Source: an uncultured bacterium (GTDB taxonomy: Bacteria; Verrucomicrobiota; Verrucomicrobiia; Verrucomicrobiales; V1-33). Taken from it: DNA of 64,000 nt. Positions 1 through 9,078 of the stretch are shown here, one piece after another; within the stretch, counting starts at the first letter, position 1; every line of letters starts with the position of its first letter. The notes under the pieces are model-generated. The model had not been told where the DNA came from, searched no databases, and saw only the letters and a program-made list of their open reading frames with translations. The translations under genes and the position numbers were made by a program. Location of the stretch: the NCBI GenBank assembly GCA_903954065.1, contig CAJBME010000240.1:8732-72731 (forward strand), written 5' to 3'.

Positions 1-513
1 ATATACGCGGGCCTCGCCGTAGCCGACGTGGCTGACCGGACGGGCCGCCGTCAACCCCGCCTTCACCGCCGCCACCGCCCGCTCGATGGCCGGCCGCGTG
101 ACCGCCTCCGCAAAAACGGGCGGAGCCAGACGGCGCGCCGCCAGCAATTGGGCGCTCGAAAAATCGCAGAGAGGCGCATCGTGCTGGTGCCCCGCATGCA
201 CCGCCACCCGCTCAGGCGTCGTTCCAGCAGCCTCCGCCAGAGCCGCGCGAAAGGCATCATGGCCAGCATTCGCAATCCCCAGCCAATCAACAGAACACAG
301 AACCACCGGATCGCCAGCCCCAGTCAAAACCAAGCCCCGGCAGCGCAGCGTGAGCACCCCCGCTTCCTTCATCGGATCGTACGCCAGCGCACTGCCCGCC
401 GCCGGGGTGGCATCACAGTCGAACACAGCCACTTTGAGATCGCCAGCCGCAGCCCCGCCCGTCATCAGGAAAACCATCAGAAAAAAACCAGAAAGCAGGA
501 TGGGGCCACGCAT
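1..513 (-). CDS. secreted hypothetical protein, N-terminal part only (gene runs off the left edge)
   Basis: Own reverse-strand translation from the ATG (complement of 511-513) gives MRGPILLSGFFLMVFLMTGGAAAGDLKVAVFDCDATPAAGSALAYDP...VAVHAGHQHDAP... It stays open for 171 codons to position 1. The N-terminus is hydrophobic and signal-like. It is absent from the ORF track because there is no stop in the window. Confidence 0.55.
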   Translation of the reverse strand, partial: MRGPILLSGFFLMVFLMTGGAAAGDLKVAVFDCDATPAAGSALAYDPMKEAGVLTLRCRGLVLTGAGDPVVLCSVDWLGIANAGHDAFRAALAEAAGTTPERVAVHAGHQHDAPLCDFSSAQLLAARRLAPPVFAEAVTRPAIERAVAAVKAGLTAARPVSHVGYGEARVY

Positions 514-559
514 GATGCAGGGTTGTCACACTTTCGTCCCCGAGGTAAGAAAAAAAAAA

Positions 560-3391
560 ATGTATCTCTCGCCCCACCATTCCGGCCTGCAGGCCATGGC
601 TTGGATTTTCACCGTCTGGTCGGGTCTGGCCGCTGAACCGCCGCTGGAGGATGACGACCTCCCCCGCCGCCCGCCGCTGAGCGCGAACCAAGCCATGGCC
701 GCGTTCAAGGTAGCCCCAGGGATGCGGATTGAACTGGCCGCCTGCGAACCGGCGATTGTTGATCCGGTGGCGCTGGATTTTGATGAAACGGGAGCGCTGT
801 ATGTGGTGGAAATGAGAGATTATTCTGAGCGGCGGGGTGAGAAATTATCGAGAATCAAACGACTGCGTGACCTCGATGGCGATGGTCTATTTGAGGAGTC
901 GACGGTTTTCCTGGACGGGCTGGCCTGGGCCACTGGCGTGACGTGTTGGGGGGGCGGCATTCTCGTCGCCAGCACTCCCGATATCATTTTTGCCCGCGAC
1001 GTGACCGGCGACGGGGTGGCGGACGAACGGCGGGTGGTATTGACGGGGTTTGGCGCCGGACGTGACGACTTAAATGTTCAGGCCTTGGTCAACAGCCTGA
1101 CGTTCGGACCGGACAACCGCATCTGGGGCGCCACCGCCGGCAATGGTGGCCAAGTGGCCGGAGTGTCTCTGAACGGCGCCGATTTTTCCTTCGATCCAGT
1201 AAGCTTCGAGCTGACCGCTGAGACCGGTACGGCCCAATTTGGATTGAGTTTTGACGCGGCAGGTCGGCGCTTTGTCTGTAGCAACAGCCACCACTTGCAA
1301 TGGGTGGCTCTGGAGCGCCCGTACGCCAACCACCCACTGGTGCGCGGGAGCCAGTCGCTGGTGGATATTGCTGTCGACGGCCCGGCGGCCCCAGTCTTTC
1401 GCCTCAGCCCCGAGGAGCCGTGGCGAGTGGTTCGGACCCGCTGGCGCGCATCCGGCGTGCTTCCCGGAATCATCGAAGGCGGCGGCCGCGCCTCCGGGTA
1501 TTTCACTTCAGCCAGTGGACTCTGCGTTTATACCGGCGACCTTATGCCCACCCTCTCCGGCCACGTCCTTGTCGGTGACGTCGGCAGCAATCTGGTGCAT
1601 CGGAAACGCCTGACCGAAACCGCCGAGGGACCACAAGCCGAACGACCGCCCGGCGAAGAAACCACAGAATTTCTGGCCTCCACGGACTCATGGTTTCGTC
1701 CGGTCGCCTGCGCCAACGGCCCGGATGGAGCGCTGTACGTCATCGACATGTATCGCGAAGTCATCGAACACCCGCAGTCACTGCCCGCCCCACTGAAGAG
1801 CCGACTCGATCTGAACAGCGGCCATGACCGCGGCCGCCTATACCGGATTCTTCCCGAACACGCCAGCCCTCGACGCCAGACGGACATTGGCTCGCTGGAA
1901 ACCACCGCGTTGGCCGCGCTGACCCGCCATCCCAACGGATGGCATCGCACAACTGCCCGCCGCCTCCTCACCGCGCGGCGCGACCCGACCGCCGCCGCTC
2001 CATTGCGCGCCGCTGGTGGCTTTGACGCTCTGGCCACGCTCGACGGTCTGGGCCTCGTGACGACGAATGATTTGCGCCAGGCACTGCAATCCGATACCGA
2101 GGCGGTCGTCCGGCTGGCCTTGAGACTGCTGGAAACCCGCCCGACGGACGCCCCCTCGCTTGCCTCTGATCTATCCAAGCTGGCGAAACATCCAGCCGCC
2201 TCGGTGCGGCGCCAGTGGGCATTATCGCTCGGCCGCCTGCCCCTGAAAAACCAAACCCTAGAGCGCGCCGCCCTATGGAACCAGCCATCGGCCCCATCGC
2301 GCCTGCGCGAAGCCGTTCGCCTGTCGCTTCGCTCCGGCCGAGATACCTTCGAACTGCTGCAAATTCTGAATGAGCCCGACCCCGAGCTGGTCGCCATGAT
2401 CGGTCGCAGTAAAGAAGCGGCCGCCATCGCAGAAACGGCCGAATGGCTGCACAGTCGCCTGCATGAATCTCCTGGCCGGCTTTTTGCCATGATCACAGCC
2501 TTGAACGACCGCGACACGCTGAGCCGGCTGACGGAAGCCGCGATCGCGTGTGTTCTCGACCCAGCAGCCAGCGCCTCCGACCGAACCTCCGCCGCGGCCG
2601 TGCTAGTGCGCGCGGGCGGCGGCGCAGCCACGGGGGCTCTGGAGCAGGTCTTTTTCGATCCCGCGGCTCCTGACCCGGTGCGAGCGGAAGCGTGGCCAGC
2701 GGTGACCGGAGCGAGGGCCAGCGACGTCTGGGCGGCCTGGCCCGGACTGAGTGCGTGGATGCGCGGTCGCGTGCTCGAACGTGCGGCGGCCACCTCTGAC
2801 TGGCACCAGCCATTGCTGACCGCCGTGGCCGACGGACGGATCGGTGCGCTCGAGCTCACAGCCGCCCAAGCGCAGCACCTTCGCGCATCGGCCGATCCAG
2901 TCGTCCAGCCGCTGGCCCTCACCGCCCTTGGTCCTCCGCCCCCCGACCGCCAAGCCGCCATCGCGGCCCGCCTGCCATTACTGAAACTCAACGGCGACGC
3001 CGCCGTCGGAGAAACCGTCTTCCGCCAGCGATGCCTGACTTGTCACCGTCTCGGCCAAGATGGCGCCGAAGTCGGTCCCGATCGCATTACCTTTCGCCAC
3101 CTTGGAAAACCCGCCCTGCTGGCCAGCGTGCTCGACCCCAATCGCGAAGTCGCCCCGCGCTTTCTCGCCGCCACCGTGACCACCACCACTGGAGAATCAT
3201 GGCAGGGGCTGCTGCAGCGGGACGACCCGACGGGAGTGACTTTGCGGCTCGCCGGAGGCCGCGAAATTGAATTAAGTCGCGCCAACATAACCCGCTTTGA
3301 ACGCCTGACCCGGTCCCTCATGCCGGAAGGACTGGAGACGGGCCTGAGCGAGGCCGAACTGGCGGGACTCTTGGAGTTTCTCGTTCAGTAA
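560..3391 (+). CDS. PVC-type heme-binding protein (membrane-bound-dehydrogenase-like domain, HEAT-like repeats, C-terminal cytochrome c CxxCH)
   Basis: Track ORF 86..3391. The first 158 codons are Arg/Ala-rich and overlap the divergent gene, so the start was moved to the in-frame ATG at 560 (MYLSPHHSGLQAMAWIFTVWSGLAA, signal-like). Motifs: DPVALDFDETGALYVVEMRDY, GPDGALYVIDMYREVIEHP, and C-terminal CLTCHRLGQDG. Confidence 0.85.
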   Translation: MYLSPHHSGLQAMAWIFTVWSGLAAEPPLEDDDLPRRPPLSANQAMAAFKVAPGMRIELAACEPAIVDPVALDFDETGALYVVEMRDYSERRGEKLSRIKRLRDLDGDGLFEESTVFLDGLAWATGVTCWGGGILVASTPDIIFARDVTGDGVADERRVVLTGFGAGRDDLNVQALVNSLTFGPDNRIWGATAGNGGQVAGVSLNGADFSFDPVSFELTAETGTAQFGLSFDAAGRRFVCSNSHHLQWVALERPYANHPLVRGSQSLVDIAVDGPAAPVFRLSPEEPWRVVRTRWRASGVLPGIIEGGGRASGYFTSASGLCVYTGDLMPTLSGHVLVGDVGSNLVHRKRLTETAEGPQAERPPGEETTEFLASTDSWFRPVACANGPDGALYVIDMYREVIEHPQSLPAPLKSRLDLNSGHDRGRLYRILPEHASPRRQTDIGSLETTALAALTRHPNGWHRTTARRLLTARRDPTAAAPLRAAGGFDALATLDGLGLVTTNDLRQALQSDTEAVVRLALRLLETRPTDAPSLASDLSKLAKHPAASVRRQWALSLGRLPLKNQTLERAALWNQPSAPSRLREAVRLSLRSGRDTFELLQILNEPDPELVAMIGRSKEAAAIAETAEWLHSRLHESPGRLFAMITALNDRDTLSRLTEAAIACVLDPAASASDRTSAAAVLVRAGGGAATGALEQVFFDPAAPDPVRAEAWPAVTGARASDVWAAWPGLSAWMRGRVLERAAATSDWHQPLLTAVADGRIGALELTAAQAQHLRASADPVVQPLALTALGPPPPDRQAAIAARLPLLKLNGDAAVGETVFRQRCLTCHRLGQDGAEVGPDRITFRHLGKPALLASVLDPNREVAPRFLAATVTTTTGESWQGLLQRDDPTGVTLRLAGGREIELSRANITRFERLTRSLMPEGLETGLSEAELAGLLEFLVQ

Positions 3392-3439
3392 AAGTAAAAG
3401 CACCCGCCGTATCTTTTTCCGCACCCCCGAAAAAACCTC

Positions 3440-6400
3440 ATGAACACACTCCGCCTCCTGACCGTCTGGATGGCCCTGCACTCCCTAACCACGCTGACGG
3501 GACCCGCACAGGCTGACGACACCCACGACGACACGACAGCGACCGCCCCGCGGCCAGTATTGACGGAAATCCTCGCCAGTAACCGCGGAGGACGGCGTGA
3601 CGAAGACGGAGACTCCCCCGACTGGATGGAAATCTACAACCCCGGAACAGACGCACTGGAACTCGGCGGATGGTATCTGACCGACTCCCCCCGCCTCCTC
3701 ACACGTTGGCAATTTCCACACTCCACGAGGTTACCGGCGGGCGGAAGAATTGTCGTTTTTGCTTCAGGCAAAGACCGAGCTGTGGCAGGGGCCCCGCTGC
3801 ACACCAACTTTCAGCTCGCGGCCGAAGGAGAGTCTGTCCTGCTGGTCGCTCCCGACGGACAAACGGTGGCCAGTCAGATTCTCAACTATCCCGCGCAGAG
3901 AGAAAACGCCAGTTATGGGGTAGCTTGGCAGTTCAAGCCCGCACCCTTGCTCACGCAAGGCAGCGCCGCGCGAGTCCACGTGCCGAAAAGCCCGGAGCCT
4001 GACTGGATGCAGCCTGGATATGATGACAGCGCATGGCTGACCGCCACCCTAGGGATCGGCTTTGATCGGAGCGAAATGACTTCGGGTGACGGACTGCTCG
4101 GGTGGTGGAACTTTGATGAAGCCGGCACGCCATCCCGTGCCCGCGACGCCAGCGGGCAGGGACGCGACGGGATCGTCAGCCGCAGCGTATTTTCCGCGGA
4201 TGGACTGGGCCGCAGCGGCCGGGCGGGCGACCGCTCGATGGTCTTTCAAGGCAGCGGGGTGGTTTCATTTCCGGCCGCCGCAACCGGCGGCTTTGACGCC
4301 ATGGCCGTGCGCGACACCTTCACGATTTCGGTATGGACGCTGGGAGCGGCTACCCTGCCGCAGGACAATGCTATTTTTTACGGCACCAGCGGCACGGGAG
4401 GAGGAGGCGAGCGAGTCCTTGATGCGCACCTGCCATGGTCGGATTCGACCATTTATTTTGACACCGCCGGCTGCTGCGACACCGGCACCACCCGCATTCA
4501 AATAAACGAACCCGATACCACCCAATGGCGAGGCCAGTGGAACCATTACGTATTTCTCAAAAACGGCGACACCAAGCAGATCTGGCAAAACGGCCGACTG
4601 CTTCACGAAGCGGTCAATACAGCGAATCAGACGGTTCTGCGCAGCCTGTTCCTCGGCGCTATGAACTCGGCAGGCGCCTTGGGTTACCGCGGGCGAGTCG
4701 ATGATTTTGCCATCTGGGAAACCGCGCTGGAGCCGGCGCAGATTGCCGCACTGGCGGCAGGGGCTCGCCCGCCGGACGTGCGGCGCTTGACGCCGCTGCT
4801 GGGCACCGACATCGGGGACGCACTGCATACCATCCAGACCACGGCCTATGTCCGGGTGCCCTTGACCATCGAGCCTGGGGAGCCGCCGAATCTGCTGATG
4901 ATGCGGATGAAATATGACGATGGATTTGTGGCCTGGCTGAACGGAGTGGAAGTGGCGCGCCGCCATGCCCCGGAAGTTTTGACTCACACCTCGGCGGCCA
5001 CGGTGCAGCGCGACCGCAGCGCAGCCATGACTGTGGAGGAATTCGATCTCAGCCGTTTCGCGTCGCTCCTGCGCCCCGGCGTGAATATTCTGGCGCTGCA
5101 GGGACTGAACCATGGGGTGAATGACGGCACATTTCTGCTGGGCCCGGAACTCCGGGCCGGCCGCATGGAGGAAGGTCGATTTTTCACGACGCCAACGCCG
5201 GGTGAAGCCAACGGTCTTGGGGTCAGCGGCTTTGTCGAGCCGGTGAGCGTGTCTCCGGAGCGTGGGTTTTACGAGGGACCGGTGACGGCGACCTTAAGTT
5301 GTGCCACCCCGGGGGCCACCATCGTCTACACGACGGACGGTTCGGTGCCGACGCGGCTCCATGGCACCTCTGGCCTGTCGCCGCTGCAGACCGAAATCAA
5401 GCGGACCACGCTACTGCGAACCAGTGCTTTCAAGGATTCACTAGCTCCCGCAGATGTCACCACGCACACGTATCTATTTGTTGATCAGGTAGCAGCACAG
5501 CAGCGACCACCCGGCGCACCGGCCGTCTGGCCGGACGGATCACCGGGGGATTTTGCCATGGATCCGCGGGTACCCGGCCCGGCGCCGGCGCCGGGGTATT
5601 CCTTGCGAGAAAGCCTGCTTGCGCTGCCCTCGCTGAGCCTGATCAGCGACCCAGCCGCATTATGGGGCCCAGCAGGCATCTACACCCAACCCACCGCTCG
5701 CGGCAAAACCTGGGAACGACTGACCAGCGTGGAGTGGCTCGACCCCTCGTCCCCAAAAGGATTTGGGGCGGCCGCGGGCCTGCGCATTCACGGCAACATC
5801 AGCCGCAATAAAAACTTCACTCCCAAACATGGATTCAGCCTGCGGTTCCGCAGCGAATATGGCCACCCATCATTGAATTTTCCGTTATTCCCCGGGTCGC
5901 CAGTCGAAGAATTTGACGAGTTGGTCGTGCGCGCAGGCTCAACCGATACCTGGCCGTGTACGGAATGGGCCCCCTCCGGACTCGGACCCAATGGGGAACC
6001 GTATCAGCGATGGAATCGAGACTGGGCCAGCTATGTGCGGGACCAATGGGCGCGCGACTCCCATCTGGCCATGGGCCACGAAGATTTTCGAGGCCGCTAC
6101 TGTCATTTATATCTGAATGGCTTGTACTGGGGGTTGTACAACGTCACGGAAACTCCATCCGCTAGCCACATGGCAGCGCACCTCGGCGGACCAGAACAAG
6201 AATGGGACACGGTGGCTGATTTCTCCGAACTGCGGGACGGCTCACGTGCCACCTGGGACCAGCTTTTGCAGATGGCCAACCGCGGCCAGCTCAGCAATGA
6301 TGCCGGCCTGCGCCGGGTGCAGGGTCTCCGACCGGACGGCACCCGCGATCCCGCACTGCCGCGCCTACTGAATGTCGACAACCTGATTGATTATATTATA

Positions 6401-7555
6401 CTACATATAAGCATAGGAGCCGACGACTGGCCGAACCACAACTGGTGGGGAGCGCGACGCTCCCGCGGGCCGGATCCCGAAGGGTTTCAGTTTTTTGTCT
6501 GGGATCAGGAAATCTCCAATGTGAACACCGCGCATGCACGCAGTGCGTGGGGACCAATCTATGCGGAAGCCAATGCCGATGGCACGCCAACCCGCGTGTA
6601 TGCCCGGCTCCGGAGCAGCCCAGAATTCCGAATGCGCTTTGCCGACCGCGTGCAGCACCATCTTTTTGACGATGGGGCCCTCACCCAACATCGGAGTCTC
6701 GAACGCTGGCGCGCCCGGGTGGCGGAAATCGACCGGGCTCTGGTTGCCGAGTCGGCACGTTGGGGCGATGCGCAGGTGAATCATACCCGGCCGGGCCAGC
6801 CGTACACGCGGGAAAACGCTTGGTTGCCGCACCTCGACTGGATGGCGTCGAATTACTGGTCGCGGCAGCCAGCCACGGCGCTGACCCGCCTCAAGGTGGC
6901 CGGCCTATTCCCCGCGGTGTCTGCACCCCGCTTCAGCCCGGACGGCGGCACTACCCTCAGCAATCCTAACCCGGCCGCAGGCACGCTGTTTTACACGACA
7001 TCCGGAGAGGACCCCCGCCAGTGGGGCGGCACCATCAACCCGGCCGCCCGCAGCGCCACCGCCGACGTCACACTCGCCGTGCCCGGCCGCACGCTGGTGC
7101 GGGCCCGCGTTCGACAAGGAACCGTCTGGAGTGCACTGGCCGAAAAATGGTTTCCGCCCGGACCGGACCTCGATGAAGATGGCATCGATGACACCTGGGA
7201 AACAATCCATGGGTTTTCCACCAACGACCCCGCCGATGCGACGCTTGATTCCGATGGAGACGGGCAGAACACGCTCGAAGAATTTCTAGCTCACACCGAC
7301 CCCCGTCGCGCCTCCAGTCGACTGCATCTGCGCGCCTCCACCCCGAGCGCCGGGGACGGAACCATCATGCTGCACTTCGAGCTCCCCGCCGGGCGCCGCG
7401 CCGTCCTCGAACGCGCGTCCCGACTCGAAGGCCCACCGTCATGGTCTACCCTTGCTTCGTTTGGACCACAACCGGAAGCCACCGTCATCAACCATCCCAC
7501 CCCCATCGCCTCTCCACAGGAATTTTACCGGCTACGCCTCAGCCTAGCACCATAA
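3440..7555 (+). CDS. giant secreted CotH-family (atypical kinase-like) protein with lamin-tail, LamG-like, chitobiase-C-like and thrombospondin-type-3-like modules
   Basis: 1371 aa. Signal-like N-terminus MNTLRLLTVWMALHSLTTLTGPAQA. LTD motif LTEILASNRGGRRDEDGDSPDWMEIYNPG..LELGGWYLTD. LamG-like segment around DDFAIWETAL. ATIVYTTDGSVPT. CotH core NFTPKHGFSLRFRSEYG...YCHLYLNGLYWGLYNVTE. DLDEDGIDDTWE/DSDGDGQNTLEEF calcium-binding-type repeats. Confidence 0.85.
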   Translation: MNTLRLLTVWMALHSLTTLTGPAQADDTHDDTTATAPRPVLTEILASNRGGRRDEDGDSPDWMEIYNPGTDALELGGWYLTDSPRLLTRWQFPHSTRLPAGGRIVVFASGKDRAVAGAPLHTNFQLAAEGESVLLVAPDGQTVASQILNYPAQRENASYGVAWQFKPAPLLTQGSAARVHVPKSPEPDWMQPGYDDSAWLTATLGIGFDRSEMTSGDGLLGWWNFDEAGTPSRARDASGQGRDGIVSRSVFSADGLGRSGRAGDRSMVFQGSGVVSFPAAATGGFDAMAVRDTFTISVWTLGAATLPQDNAIFYGTSGTGGGGERVLDAHLPWSDSTIYFDTAGCCDTGTTRIQINEPDTTQWRGQWNHYVFLKNGDTKQIWQNGRLLHEAVNTANQTVLRSLFLGAMNSAGALGYRGRVDDFAIWETALEPAQIAALAAGARPPDVRRLTPLLGTDIGDALHTIQTTAYVRVPLTIEPGEPPNLLMMRMKYDDGFVAWLNGVEVARRHAPEVLTHTSAATVQRDRSAAMTVEEFDLSRFASLLRPGVNILALQGLNHGVNDGTFLLGPELRAGRMEEGRFFTTPTPGEANGLGVSGFVEPVSVSPERGFYEGPVTATLSCATPGATIVYTTDGSVPTRLHGTSGLSPLQTEIKRTTLLRTSAFKDSLAPADVTTHTYLFVDQVAAQQRPPGAPAVWPDGSPGDFAMDPRVPGPAPAPGYSLRESLLALPSLSLISDPAALWGPAGIYTQPTARGKTWERLTSVEWLDPSSPKGFGAAAGLRIHGNISRNKNFTPKHGFSLRFRSEYGHPSLNFPLFPGSPVEEFDELVVRAGSTDTWPCTEWAPSGLGPNGEPYQRWNRDWASYVRDQWARDSHLAMGHEDFRGRYCHLYLNGLYWGLYNVTETPSASHMAAHLGGPEQEWDTVADFSELRDGSRATWDQLLQMANRGQLSNDAGLRRVQGLRPDGTRDPALPRLLNVDNLIDYIILHISIGADDWPNHNWWGARRSRGPDPEGFQFFVWDQEISNVNTAHARSAWGPIYAEANADGTPTRVYARLRSSPEFRMRFADRVQHHLFDDGALTQHRSLERWRARVAEIDRALVAESARWGDAQVNHTRPGQPYTRENAWLPHLDWMASNYWSRQPATALTRLKVAGLFPAVSAPRFSPDGGTTLSNPNPAAGTLFYTTSGEDPRQWGGTINPAARSATADVTLAVPGRTLVRARVRQGTVWSALAEKWFPPGPDLDEDGIDDTWETIHGFSTNDPADATLDSDGDGQNTLEEFLAHTDPRRASSRLHLRASTPSAGDGTIMLHFELPAGRRAVLERASRLEGPPSWSTLASFGPQPEATVINHPTPIASPQEFYRLRLSLAP

Positions 7556-7765
7556 AGAAAACGCCTGCTGAGCCGGTATGCGCGCATCTCGGAAGTCGCC
7601 CTCGACGTGGGATTCGGCTCACTTTCGCCGTTCAACCGCTGCTTCGCGCGATACGCCGGGGAAAGCCCGAGCGATTATCGCCGCCGCGTCCTCCGGCCAA
7701 CGCGCGGGGTCATCGCCGAAGCAAGGATAAGCGAAAGCCGTCCCCAAAGTGCCGATCCCCCATGA
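7556..7765 (+). pseudogene. 5'-truncated AraC/XylS-family regulator remnant (second HTH only)
   Basis: Own translation of the frame that opens right after the CotH stop codon gives RKRLLSRYARISEVALDVGFGSLSPFNRCFARYAGESPSDYRRRVLRPT...*. This is the C-terminal AraC HTH signature. There is no start codon and no N-terminal domain. The stop is at 7763-7765. Confidence 0.7.
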
Positions 7766-8202
7766 GGGTTGCCCTAGCGAGCGGCCGACCGAACCGGGCC
7801 CACCATGGTTTTCCAGTCCTCATGTCTAGGGATGGCGACTTTTTTTCTTTTCCGGGAAAAGCTCTTGCCAAGCGAGGTCCCGGGGGCATACACTGCATTA
7901 CGCCTGATTTGTGCCCAGGCTCGTTTACGCTTGATCAGCCAGCCGCCCCGGCCAAACGCACTGTAACGCCGTAGCCGCTCGGTCTGATCTGTCGACGAAA
8001 ACCCCCGACCATCCGTGTGGATAAGCCGGGACCGGGTTGTACTCCCGGTGGCACCAATGCCAAAAGACTGGCTGAGGCCACACTTCCCACCGTTTTGATC
8101 ACGGCGGATCCATTCATTTTTAGTTTTTTCCCGCGGCGCGAATCTCCTTCCATCGTGCCATCACTAACACCCGTGCCCGCATCCCCCCAGCCCCGATAAA
8201 CC

Positions 8203-8955
8203 ATGGCCGGCCACAGTAAATGGTCCAAAGTTAAGCACATCAAGGGCGTCGTTGACGTCAAACGCGGCAGGGTATTTTCCAAGTTGTCGCGCGAAATCAT
8301 CATGGCCGCCAAAGCTGGCGGGGGCGACCCGCGGCTCAACGCGCGCTTGCGCACCGCCATGGATGCGGCGCGGGCGCAGAACATGCCGAATGACACCATT
8401 GAACGCGCCATCAAAAAGGGCACAGGGGAACTGGGAGGGGAAGCCCCCTCTGAGATCACCTATGAAGGGTATGCGCCCGGAGGAGTCGCCATGATGGTGG
8501 AATGTGTCACCGACAATAAGAACCGCACATCCGCTGATCTGCGCAGCGTTTTCACCCGCAACCATGGCAGTCTCGGCACTCCCGGCAGTGTGACCCATCT
8601 TTTCTCCCGCAAAGGTGAAATCCGGCTCCCGCTGGCTTCGGCGGAAGAAGAAACCGTGCTGGAAGCCGCCTTGGAAGCGGGGGCGGATGATGTTTCACAT
8701 GACGGAGAAGACCATGTCATCCTGACCGCGCCCGACCAGCTTTTTGCCGTGGGTGACATCCTGAAGGCCCGTCATCTGACTCCCGCTTCGCAAAAACTCA
8801 TTTTTATCCCTCTGACCACCATTCCCGTCGTTGATTTGGCCACCGCACAGCAGGTCATTCGCCTTTACGAAGCACTGGATGATCTCGATGATGTTCAAAA
8901 CGTCCATTCAAACTTTGACATTCCTGACGAACTCATGGACCAGCTAGCCGTTTAA
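8203..8955 (+). CDS. yebC: YebC/PmpR-family DNA-binding transcriptional regulator
   Basis: MAGHSKWSKVKHIKGVVDVKRGRVFSKLSREI..., 250 aa, a typical family N-terminus and length. Confidence 0.95.
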   Translation: MAGHSKWSKVKHIKGVVDVKRGRVFSKLSREIIMAAKAGGGDPRLNARLRTAMDAARAQNMPNDTIERAIKKGTGELGGEAPSEITYEGYAPGGVAMMVECVTDNKNRTSADLRSVFTRNHGSLGTPGSVTHLFSRKGEIRLPLASAEEETVLEAALEAGADDVSHDGEDHVILTAPDQLFAVGDILKARHLTPASQKLIFIPLTTIPVVDLATAQQVIRLYEALDDLDDVQNVHSNFDIPDELMDQLAV

Positions 8956-9078
8956 ATCCCGGCCCCACCCATCCCCGAAGGCCTTCAGCCCCCAACGGTA
9001 GCCCATTCACTTTTCACTCCCAGCCCCATTGGCTGGATCTTCCACCATCATCCTTCTTTCCTCCCCCACCCCATCCTC

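Noticed and set aside
86-559. 158-codon N-terminal extension of the 1101-aa track ORF (also ORF 28..636)
   Set aside because: The composition is Arg/Ala/Ser-rich and it overlaps the better-supported divergent signal-peptide gene (1-513, minus strand). A signal-like Met at 560 precedes the conserved domain.
1528-2991. 487-aa minus-strand ORF, with many shorter ones, antisense to the heme-binding protein gene
   Set aside because: It is Arg/Ser/Ala-rich with no recognisable motifs and is fully embedded antisense in a gene with strong family motifs. This is a typical high-GC shadow ORF.
7935-8459. 174-aa minus-strand ORF upstream of and overlapping yebC, including an internal 60-aa peptide MNGSAVIKTV...
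   Set aside because: The 3' two-thirds is antisense to the highly conserved yebC N-terminus. The remaining short peptide has no support beyond a mildly hydrophobic start.
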